In this document: one piece after another, positions 56,288 through 64,000 of the stretch
How the letters are laid out: every line of letters begins with the position of its first letter
How positions within the stretch are numbered: position 1 is the stretch's first letter
IMG/VR virus record: IMGVR_UViG_2799112265_000001
Coordinates: 32,001-96,000 of that record
From: a virus
Lineage: Duplodnaviria; Caudoviricetes
Length of the DNA stretch: 64,000 nucleotides
Strand: one strand, 5' to 3'
Made by a program: the position numbers and the translations under genes
The notes under the pieces: model-generated
What the model was told of the DNA's origin: nothing
The model's database searches: none
The model's input: the letters and a program-made list of their open reading frames with translations, nothing else

Positions 56288-56691
56288 CCGAGAGCGGCGC
56301 GCAGCACCGCCGTGATGTCGATGCCGGGGTCTGAGGCGAGCAGGAGTTCCGTCGCCTGCCGGATCACGTCGTCGCACACCTCCGGTGGTGCCGCGTCGAG
56401 CATGGAACGCACCCACGCGGGGACCTCGTCGGCCTGTACCGGCGGCGGGGTCTCCCAGGGCAGAGGCAGGCCATCGCTGGCGTATGGGGCGGCGGGGAGG
56501 CCGACCCGGTCGGGGTGCACGCACACGGGAACGCCTGCGGCCGTGAACCGGTGTCCGGTCTTCGGGTCGAAGGGGCAGTCGCGGGAAGGGCGTGCGAGGA
56601 CGTCGAACCCGCCGCCCGGCAACTGGTTCGAGGGGCACACGTCGCACACCGGCCGGCCGCCCCGCGCGAACGGCTCCACGCGTCCCGTCAT
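56284..56691 (-). CDS. hypothetical protein
   Basis: GGAGG RBS; convergent with 55709..56287. Confidence 0.7.
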   Translation of the reverse strand: MTGRVEPFARGGRPVCDVCPSNQLPGGGFDVLARPSRDCPFDPKTGHRFTAAGVPVCVHPDRVGLPAAPYASDGLPLPWETPPPVQADEVPAWVRSMLDAAPPEVCDDVIRQATELLLASDPGIDITAVLRAALG

Positions 56692-56842
56692 CGTCCCGCC
56701 TCCCGTCGTACTGGGGGTGCACGGTAGCGGAGTTCCACCCGGCTTCGTGGCCCCTCCTCACGGCCCGTCCGCGCACTCAAACCCCGCGGCGCACGGGGCG
56801 CAGTTCACCACCACACCAGAGGGAAAGTAGGGGAGGCACGGC

Positions 56843-57169
56843 ATGGCTGAACATGAGGAGCCGTTGGAGGACTGGGCCGCCCGGCGGGACGCACGCCGCC
56901 CCCGCTTCGGGGAGCGCCGCCCGGCGCCTCTCGGGGACGAGCAGCGGGGCGCGCACGTCGACCCGGACGCCCCGCGCGGTGTCGAAGTGTGGGACGGGCA
57001 GGACTGGGTGCCGTCCGGGGCGGCAGAGGACTACGAAGCGGCGGCCGCCGAGACCGGCGGTGACACCACGGTGCGAGCCGAGCGGGTGCCGCTGCCCGCG
57101 TTCGGACGTCTCCCGACGATGCCCAAGCCATACCGGCCGACCATCCCCGTCCACCGCCCGCACTCCTGA
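56843..57169 (+). CDS. DUF6087-like protein
   Basis: EEPLEDWAARR...HVDPDAPR..EVWDG; family recalled, not searched. Confidence 0.7.
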   Translation: MAEHEEPLEDWAARRDARRPRFGERRPAPLGDEQRGAHVDPDAPRGVEVWDGQDWVPSGAAEDYEAAAAETGGDTTVRAERVPLPAFGRLPTMPKPYRPTIPVHRPHS

Positions 57170-57249
57170 GCCTTCTGGGCTCACTCAATCGGCCCCGTCC
57201 GTGCGCTGAACCCCCGAGGCGCACGGGCGGGGCTTCTCCGTTGCAGGGT

Positions 57250-57274
57250 GTAACAGATCGTTCCGGGTGACGTT
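57250..57274 (+). promoter_or_regulatory. class II promoter
   Basis: GTAACAG-N14-CGTT. Confidence 0.55.
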
Positions 57275-57332
57275 TGGCATGTAGAGACTCGCGGTTTATG
57301 TCAATCCCCCAGCGCGGTTTCCGGAGGAAACG

Positions 57333-57842
57333 GTGTCGACAGCGATAGCCCCCCAGCAGGAGTCCCTCTTCGCGTGGCTCACGGACGAACCGGTGCCCTC
57401 CGTGCCGCAGGTGAAGGCCGAGCCCCTGCAGAAGACCGCTCCCCCGCCCGCGAAGCCTCCGACGGAGACGAAGAGGCCGGCCCGGAAGAAGAAGAAGGAC
57501 GACCTCTCGCACGTGTGGGTGGTGGCCGCCGAGGTCGAGGTGGAGCCGAAGATCGCCAAGATGGCCGACAGCAAGGGCAGCTTCAAGACCCCGGAGGGGA
57601 TGCGCGTCGACGCGCTGGACGTGTACTGCCGCGAGTGCCGCCGCCCGTACGACGAGGTCCGCGGCGAGGACTGCGCCGCCAAGATCGACAACAGGCACCT
57701 GATCGGCGGTGACCAGAGCGTGCGCGCGAAGCGGAAGCCGGCCCCCGCGCCCCCGAAGAACGCCCGCATCATCCCCGGTGGCCGCATCAACCGGCGGGGA
57801 GTCGACGCCTACATGAGCGGGGTGTCTCGCCCGCCGCGCTGA
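57333..57842 (+). CDS. basic hypothetical protein (QESLF, CxxC..C..H)
   Basis: GGAGGA RBS. Confidence 0.8.
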   Translation: MSTAIAPQQESLFAWLTDEPVPSVPQVKAEPLQKTAPPPAKPPTETKRPARKKKKDDLSHVWVVAAEVEVEPKIAKMADSKGSFKTPEGMRVDALDVYCRECRRPYDEVRGEDCAAKIDNRHLIGGDQSVRAKRKPAPAPPKNARIIPGGRINRRGVDAYMSGVSRPPR

Positions 57843-57883
57843 CCACGCGACACTAACGCCGGCCGCGCCCCACTGTGCGCGGC

Positions 57884-58264
57884 GTGACTACTGAGCGAAC
57901 CTCTTGGGCGCTAGCGCGCGAAGCCGTCGGCCTGGTCCTCACCGCGTTCGGCGTCCTCGGCGTCCTCGTGGCGCTGGGCCAGGTCCACTGGAGTGCGGCC
58001 CTCGCCGCGATAGCCGTCCTGTTCATCCTGGCGGGCGTCTTCCTGCGGCCCGACCCCAGCTTCCCCCGCTGGACGCACATGCTGCGGGGCGTGCTCGGTG
58101 TCACCGGCTACCTCGGGCTCATCGTCTGCGCGTTCAACCTGTCCGTCCCACTCGGGTGGATCGCGGTGTTCACCGGGGTCGGCATCGTCGGCCTGCTGAT
58201 GGCCTCCCCCCGCGACACCGCCCCCGAGAGCGGCGCCGCTGACCAGGGCGAGGGGGCCGCCTGA
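57884..58264 (+). CDS. 4-TM membrane protein coupled to the portal gene
   Basis: Class III promoter GCGACACTA-N15-CACTGT at 57847; TGATG overlap with portal. Confidence 0.75.
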   Translation: MTTERTSWALAREAVGLVLTAFGVLGVLVALGQVHWSAALAAIAVLFILAGVFLRPDPSFPRWTHMLRGVLGVTGYLGLIVCAFNLSVPLGWIAVFTGVGIVGLLMASPRDTAPESGAADQGEGAA

Positions 58265-60714
58265 TGCCCCGCCATCTGCTCCCCGCCTGGCGCGGCCTGT
58301 TCGTCCCCCGTACCGCCGCAGCCGCCGCCCCGCTCGCCCCGGCCGAGACCAAGGACCTCTCCTTCACGGGCAGCTACGCGTCCGTGACGTACGCCGGTGT
58401 CACCAACGTGTGGGGCACTCCCGGCCGCGCGGACGGCTGGGACCTCGAACGAGTCATCATCGAGGGCTACGAGCGCAGCATCTGGACCTTCAAGGCCGTT
58501 GAGGCGATCAGCAAGCACGCCGGCTCGTTGCCCATCCAGATCGGCCGAGGCGGCGACGAAAGCCGCTTCGCAGAGACCCTCGACTCCCACCCGCTCCTCA
58601 AGCTGCTCAACAAGAAGGCCAACCCCTTGGAGAGCGGCGACGTCTTCAAGAAGCGGCTCTCCGCGCAGCTCCTGCTCAGCAAGAAGGGCGTCTTCATCGA
58701 GAAGACGTACTCCCGCGCGCGCATCCTCGTACGGCTCGATCTGCTCCCGCCGGACCGAGTGCGGATCATCCCGGACGACGAGAACGACGACTACGTCAAG
58801 CACTTCGAGTTCACGGACTACCGCGGCCGGGTCCGCATCCTGCTGCCCAAGCACGTCATCTGGATTCGGGACCCGCACCCGTACGACCCGTTCAGCGGTG
58901 TCACCCCGCTGGAGGCCGCCGGACTGTCCGTCGACCTGGACGTGAAGGCCCGCACCTACAACATCAGCTTCATCGACCGAGACGCCCGCCCGTCCGGCAT
59001 CGTCGGCATCGACCTCGAAGGCGTCGCCGATCAGGAGATCGACCGCATCCAGCGCCGCTTCGCGCCCGGCGCCCACCAGGCCGGTGAACTCGCGCTCGTC
59101 GGCACCGGGAAGGGCGGCATCACCTACGTCGACACCTCCACCCGGCCGCGCGACATGGCCTACGAGACGATGTCGAACATCTGCAAGGGCGAGATCCTCG
59201 CCGCGTTCGGCGTGCCGGAGAGCGTCGTCGGCAACGCCTCCGAGCGGACGTACGCCAACGCCGACCGCGAGGAGTGGACGTTCTGGGACCACACCGAGCT
59301 GCCGCACCTGAACCTGATCGCGTCCGGGTTCGACGACGACCTGGACGACGAGTGGGTGGTCCGGTTCGACACCCAGCGCGTGCAGGCCCTGGAGTACCCC
59401 CGCCGCGCCGCCCGCGAGGAAGCCCGCAAGGAGTTCGAGGCCGGGCTCATCAGCGTCGACGAGTACCGGGACGTGGCGAGGAAGCCCAGGTTCAACACCG
59501 CACAGTCTCGCGCCCTGTGGATCAGCCCGCAGAAGGCACCCATCGCCGCGAACGACGCCGACGCCGCCACGCTCGGCCTCACCCAGGGCGGCCCGGGCGC
59601 GCCCGGCGCCACCCCCACCGGCGCACCCCTGCCCGACGGCGCCCCGGCCGGCAACGCGGCCGCCGACGTCGCCGCCGCCAGCAGCGCCCCAGCCAGCGTC
59701 GGGGACGCGGCCGCCGACGTCGCCGCCGCACGCGCGCAGCAGCCGCCCGCCGGCGCGACGGGCCGTGCTGCCGACGCCGTAGAGGCAGCCCGCGCCGCCA
59801 GCGCTGGCATCGGCCCCGGTAACGCGGCCGCCGACGTCGCCGCCGCCAGCAGCTCCCAGAGCACGCTCCGGCCCGGCCCGGCCGCCGCCGACGTCACCCT
59901 CGCACGCGAGTCCAAGGCGCTGCCACAGAGCCCGCAGCGCACCGGGTCCGAGGTCACCGAAGACGACTTCGACACCCTCGCCGCCGCCGTCACCGCCGCG
60001 CTCAGCCCGCTGCTGGAGCAGCAGGAGGGCGTCATCATCGCCCGGCTCCGCGCCCCGAAGACGCGCAAGCACACCCGGTTCTGGCAGCCCGAGTACGAGC
60101 ACGACACCCGAGGCGGCGACGCCGACCTGGACCAGGACCGCGTGGTCTCCGCCGAGCGTTGGGCCACGGAGGCCATGACCGCACTGGCGCCGATCCTTCA
60201 GCAGGCTGCCGTCGAGACCGCCCGCAAGGTAGGCCGCGCCCTCACGGGCACGGACACGGTCACCCCGGCCGCCGCCGCGGCCGCCATAGCCAGCGCCGCG
60301 TACGCCGGCCAGGCCGTGACCGCGTTCCTCGCCGACCTCGCCGACGTGCTTCAGGGTGCCCAGCAGGGCCCCGTGACCCTGGACGGCCTGATCGACGCCG
60401 TGGGCGGCCACTACGAGGCGGCCAAGCCCGCCCTGATCGAGCGGGTCGCAGAGAGCTGCGCCGTGGCCACCATCAACGGGGCAGCCGACGCCGCCGCCGA
60501 GAACGCCGGACCCGGAGTCGTCCGCACCTGGGTCACCCGGGGCGACGACCGCGTACGGCCCGCCCACAAGGCCCTCAGCGGCAAGACGCTACCCGTCGGC
60601 ACCCCGTACACCGTCGACGGAGCCAGCCTCCGCTACCCCGGCGACCCGTTCGCCCCGCTCGGCCTGACCATCAACTGCCGTTGCCGTCTGCGCTACACCA
60701 CCGAAGAGGAGTAA
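58264..60714 (+). CDS. phage portal protein fused to a MuF-like minor head domain
   Basis: HPLLKLL..ANP, GVTPLEAA, ILAAFGVP...TYAN; C-terminal WVTRGDDRVRPAH...YPGDP...INCRC. Confidence 0.92.
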   Translation: MPRHLLPAWRGLFVPRTAAAAAPLAPAETKDLSFTGSYASVTYAGVTNVWGTPGRADGWDLERVIIEGYERSIWTFKAVEAISKHAGSLPIQIGRGGDESRFAETLDSHPLLKLLNKKANPLESGDVFKKRLSAQLLLSKKGVFIEKTYSRARILVRLDLLPPDRVRIIPDDENDDYVKHFEFTDYRGRVRILLPKHVIWIRDPHPYDPFSGVTPLEAAGLSVDLDVKARTYNISFIDRDARPSGIVGIDLEGVADQEIDRIQRRFAPGAHQAGELALVGTGKGGITYVDTSTRPRDMAYETMSNICKGEILAAFGVPESVVGNASERTYANADREEWTFWDHTELPHLNLIASGFDDDLDDEWVVRFDTQRVQALEYPRRAAREEARKEFEAGLISVDEYRDVARKPRFNTAQSRALWISPQKAPIAANDADAATLGLTQGGPGAPGATPTGAPLPDGAPAGNAAADVAAASSAPASVGDAAADVAAARAQQPPAGATGRAADAVEAARAASAGIGPGNAAADVAAASSSQSTLRPGPAAADVTLARESKALPQSPQRTGSEVTEDDFDTLAAAVTAALSPLLEQQEGVIIARLRAPKTRKHTRFWQPEYEHDTRGGDADLDQDRVVSAERWATEAMTALAPILQQAAVETARKVGRALTGTDTVTPAAAAAAIASAAYAGQAVTAFLADLADVLQGAQQGPVTLDGLIDAVGGHYEAAKPALIERVAESCAVATINGAADAAAENAGPGVVRTWVTRGDDRVRPAHKALSGKTLPVGTPYTVDGASLRYPGDPFAPLGLTINCRCRLRYTTEEE
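59650..59898 (+). repeat. five AAAD[VA]-type peptide repeats in the portal-MuF linker
   Basis: GNAAADVAAASS twice, with AACGCGGCCGCCGACGTCGCCGCCGCCAGCAGC repeated. Confidence 0.8.
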
Positions 60715-60720
60715 CCCGCC

Positions 60721-60933
60721 ATGTGGGCAGCCATCTGGATCGCCTGGGGCGTGACCTTCGCCGTCGTTGAGGGCCTCGCCCTGACCAACAGACGCGACGG
60801 AGACACCCTTTCCGAGAACACCCGACGCCTCTTCCGGACCCGGACCAGCAAGGTGGGCAGAGCCATCTTCGCGGTCGCCTGGATCGGCTTCTCCGGCTGG
60901 TTCGCCCTGCACATCCTCACCGAGACGATGTGA
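60721..60933 (+). CDS. small 2-TM membrane protein
   Basis: GAGGAG RBS; GDTLSE motif between the TMs. Confidence 0.75.
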   Translation: MWAAIWIAWGVTFAVVEGLALTNRRDGDTLSENTRRLFRTRTSKVGRAIFAVAWIGFSGWFALHILTETM

Positions 60934-60980
60934 CAGGGACCGAAGGGACCCAAGAACTGACAGCCGCTCACCCTCGCGCC

Positions 60981-61994
60981 ATGCCAGAAACCAAATCAGC
61001 AGCCTGGAACGCCGCGCTCCACCCGCGAGACCGCTTCGGCCGGTTCATCGAGACCGGGGCGATCGTCTCCCTGTGGAGCACGCCCGGTCTCTTCCGTGTG
61101 CGGCGCCCCCTGGGCGGGAGCAGGGTCTCCGTCGAGCCCGTGTTCGGCGGGGAGCCCCGTACCGTGGCTGCGGACCGGGTGCAGGTCATCCCAGCTCTTT
61201 CACCCGCGTCCGCGCTGGAGCGGGAGCACGCCGGGCTGAACAACATCGTCACCTCGCCGAACACCGCGGAGGAGGTGGCCAAGGCCGTTGACCGGGCGCG
61301 GAAGGCCATCGCCAAGGTGCACGGCGTGCCCGACGTCGTCCCGGTCCTCCCGGTCATCACCCAGGTGGACCGTGCCGGGAAACTGCCCGCTGCCGGCGAG
61401 TACCTGGTCAGTCCCTCACCCGGGGGTGCGGCGGAGCCGGTCAGCCTGTTCATAAGCCCCACCGGTGTGCAGCCCGCGCTGACGGCTGTTCACGAAATCG
61501 GGCACGTGCTCGACCATCTGCTGCTCGGCGCCGGCCGGGACTGGTTCGCCACCAGCGGGCGCGGCGAACCGGTGCACGTCGACGACGACCTGACCGACTG
61601 GTGGGCTGCCGTGGAGCGCAGCAAGCCGTACCAGTTGCTGCGGCTCATGCAGCTCCGGCTACGGAACAAGGACACGGTGCACTGGTCGGTGATCAGGCAT
61701 CCGTCGACGGGCGAGGAACGCCCGGTCTCCGTCACCCGCGGGGAGGTGGACTACTACGTCAGCCCCCGGGAGATGTTCGCCCGCGCCTACGCCCAGTGGA
61801 TCGCGCTGCGGAGCGGTGATCCGGTCCTTCTCCAGCTGCTGAAGAACGACATCGAGCGCGGCTTCGGCAACATCATCAGCGGCTTGAGCGGTTGGTACCC
61901 TCGCCAGTGGCCCGAGGAGGACTTCGCCGAGATCGCCGCCGAACTCGATGCGATCTTCGCGGCCAGGGGACTGCTCAAGGGGGCCCAGTCATGA
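60981..61994 (+). CDS. HPRD-domain protein with zincin-like (HExxH) / LPD1-like domain
   Basis: WNAALHPRDRFGRFIETG; VHEIGHVLD; YYVSPREMFARAYAQWI. Confidence 0.8.
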   Translation: MPETKSAAWNAALHPRDRFGRFIETGAIVSLWSTPGLFRVRRPLGGSRVSVEPVFGGEPRTVAADRVQVIPALSPASALEREHAGLNNIVTSPNTAEEVAKAVDRARKAIAKVHGVPDVVPVLPVITQVDRAGKLPAAGEYLVSPSPGGAAEPVSLFISPTGVQPALTAVHEIGHVLDHLLLGAGRDWFATSGRGEPVHVDDDLTDWWAAVERSKPYQLLRLMQLRLRNKDTVHWSVIRHPSTGEERPVSVTRGEVDYYVSPREMFARAYAQWIALRSGDPVLLQLLKNDIERGFGNIISGLSGWYPRQWPEEDFAEIAAELDAIFAARGLLKGAQS

Positions 61995-62158
61995 TCAAGC
62001 CGGAGCTGCTGGACGAGTTGATCGCCGAGCACGGCGTGGACGCCTACAAGGTGGCGGCGGAGATCCTCGAAGCGGACGAGAAGAGCTGGCCGGCGCTTCC
62101 GCCCGGCGACTACACCATGGATGAGGCCGACTTCGGGTTCCCCCCGGTCCCTTCCTGA
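61991..62158 (+). CDS. 55-aa acidic protein
   Basis: ATGA-coupled to the HExxH gene. Confidence 0.6.
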   Translation: MIKPELLDELIAEHGVDAYKVAAEILEADEKSWPALPPGDYTMDEADFGFPPVPS

Positions 62159-62214
62159 TCCGGCGCGGCCCGTAGGCCGCGACATAAGCAGCGCGCGGTG
62201 TGCAGTGTCCGCGC

Positions 62215-64000
62215 ATGCTGAATCGTCCCACTGCACAGGCCCTGTCGTCCGACCTGAGCGACGGCCTCGAAGCCAAGGCCACGCGCCGCCCGTGGAACCC
62301 TGCCCTGCACCCGCGCGACAGTAAGGGCAGGTTCATTGAGACCGGCGGCGTGGTGCGACTGTGGGGTGGCAAGCTCGCCCGCGTCGTCCGCGCGCTCCCG
62401 CACGACCGCATCCTCGTCCAGGACCAGAGCGGCCCGAACCAGTTCAATGGCGAGCGGCGCACCAGCAGCGCCAAGTGGGTGACCATGGTCGCCCGCCCGG
62501 ACGGCAGCGCACCCACCGGCGACGAGAAGAAGGTTGCTGAGGAGGACGAGCGCCGCCAGGTCGACCCGCGCCGCGGTAACGGCGTGGTCCACGACGATGG
62601 CGGCGACCCGGACACCCCCGACGACCCGCACCACGTTGACGACCAGGGCCAGCCTCTCGGGGACGACCACGGTGACGGCCCGGACGCCGGCGACGACCAG
62701 CCCGAGTCGGCCGACGCCGCGCACCCGGTCAACGTTCGCGCGCTGCCCAACCAGCGGTATGCGGACGGGGCCCGCTACGCCGACACCGCGGCGGTCCGCG
62801 AGCACTTCCTCCAGCTCGCCGAGCAGCCCAGCACCCAGCCCGGCATGGCCGCCTTCCTCCGCTCGGTCGCACACGACGACGACCTGCACGTCACCCCGTC
62901 CGGCCGTCTGGCCATCCTCCGCAACAGCGACGGCCGCTGGAACCTGACCGCCACCGGCACCGGGCAGCGCATGGACGACGCCGGCGACTTCGCCACCGTC
63001 CAGGACGCCACCCGCTTCGCCGAGCACCTGGAGGACGAAGTCCGGGCCTCGAACGGCAAGCCGTTCGACTTTTCCGACCCCTCCCTCGACCAGGCCGCCC
63101 GCACATGGCGCTCCGAATGGAACGAGAACGTGCAGGCCGCCATCGTGCGGGCCCGCACCGAGTTCTCCGCCGAGCAGGCTGCACCCCAGCAAGACCCGAA
63201 GACCCCGCATCCGGACGCGCCCGGCGGACAGGTCACCCTCAGCCCTGACGAGGTGTCGCAGTCCCTCGACGCCGTTCGCCCCGAGGGCTCCAGGGCCCCG
63301 TCGACGATGACGGACGCGGAACTCCGTGACGAGATCGTGGACCTGATGGGCCGCGAGATGGAGAACGGCGGGGAACTGTCCGGCCCCGACCGCACCCGCA
63401 TGCGCGTCCTGGAGGCCGAGGAGGCCCGCCGCGCCGGCCGGGCACCGAAGCAGGACAGCGCGAAGCCGAAACCCGCCGTCGACGAGGGTGGCCTCTTCGA
63501 CATCGACCAGCCGGTTACCGCCCAGCCCAGCCGGGCCGCCGACCCGAACAACCCCGACGACCAGCCCGACGACGAGCTGGGCACCCCGGACATGTTCGCC
63601 GACCACGAGGGACGCGACACCGCCGGACTGCGTGCGGCCGAGATCCGCAGCGCCGCCGAGCTGGAGGTCGGCGACCGCTACGCCGACGCGGACGGCAACG
63701 TGCACACCGTGGCGGAAAAGCCGGTGCGCACTCCGCGCGGCCGCACCCGCCTGGTCACCGACGACGGCCAGGAGCGGCTCTACACCGCCGACGCCGAGGT
63801 ACGCCTCCAGCCCAAGGACGAGACCACCCCGAACGGCACGCCGAACAGCCCGGACATCGCCCCGGAACCCACCCCGGACGAGATCCCGCCCGTGCCGATC
63901 GGTGAGCAGCGGCCGGCGGACATGGACGACGCCGCCCTCCAGGCCGAGATCGACGCCATGGAGGAGTGGCGGCAGCGGCACATAGTGCCCGGCGGCGAAG
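62215..64000 (+). CDS. N-terminal part of a very large acidic HPRD-domain protein (runs off the window)
   Basis: MLNRPTAQ...LEAKATRRPWNPALHPRDSKGRFIETGG; no stop seen to 64000; absent from the ORF track. Confidence 0.85.
   Translation, partial: MLNRPTAQALSSDLSDGLEAKATRRPWNPALHPRDSKGRFIETGGVVRLWGGKLARVVRALPHDRILVQDQSGPNQFNGERRTSSAKWVTMVARPDGSAPTGDEKKVAEEDERRQVDPRRGNGVVHDDGGDPDTPDDPHHVDDQGQPLGDDHGDGPDAGDDQPESADAAHPVNVRALPNQRYADGARYADTAAVREHFLQLAEQPSTQPGMAAFLRSVAHDDDLHVTPSGRLAILRNSDGRWNLTATGTGQRMDDAGDFATVQDATRFAEHLEDEVRASNGKPFDFSDPSLDQAARTWRSEWNENVQAAIVRARTEFSAEQAAPQQDPKTPHPDAPGGQVTLSPDEVSQSLDAVRPEGSRAPSTMTDAELRDEIVDLMGREMENGGELSGPDRTRMRVLEAEEARRAGRAPKQDSAKPKPAVDEGGLFDIDQPVTAQPSRAADPNNPDDQPDDELGTPDMFADHEGRDTAGLRAAEIRSAAELEVGDRYADADGNVHTVAEKPVRTPRGRTRLVTDDGQERLYTADAEVRLQPKDETTPNGTPNSPDIAPEPTPDEIPPVPIGEQRPADMDDAALQAEIDAMEEWRQRHIVPGGE

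Larger units (their letters stand above)
1..64000. mobile_element. Part of a large Streptomyces-type phage-plasmid or conjugative prophage; no boundaries in the window
   Basis: Terminase, portal-MuF, TraB-like FtsK ATPase, Cre-like recombinase and dense small hypothetical ORFs; no housekeeping genes. Confidence 0.85.

Noticed and set aside
27944-63981. Minus-strand ORFs opposite terL, traB, portal and the giant gene
   Set aside because: Mirror frames of motif-supported genes

Overview
High-GC actinobacterial (Streptomyces-like) DNA from a large mobile element that combines phage and plasmid traits. It encodes a terminase large subunit, a portal-MuF fusion, candidate virion cargo proteins, a TraB/FtsK conjugative translocase with an SpdD-like neighbour, a Cre-like tyrosine recombinase, three DNA-modification-type enzymes and about 70 mostly hypothetical ORFs. 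No rRNA, tRNA, host housekeeping or cas genes were seen. The main non-coding signals are: (1) 13 dispersed copies of a 5'-leader module, a covarying stem with an invariant AGAGCAA loop followed by CGAAnCGAAGGAACACCC and a start codon; (2) a cas-less type I-E-like mini-array with three 29-nt repeats and two 20-nt spacers; (3) three recurring promoter classes that suggest an early/middle/late programme; (4) an N-terminal HPRDxxGRFIETG domain and E-x-K motifs shared by head-module proteins. Product calls come from motifs read by eye, with no database searches.
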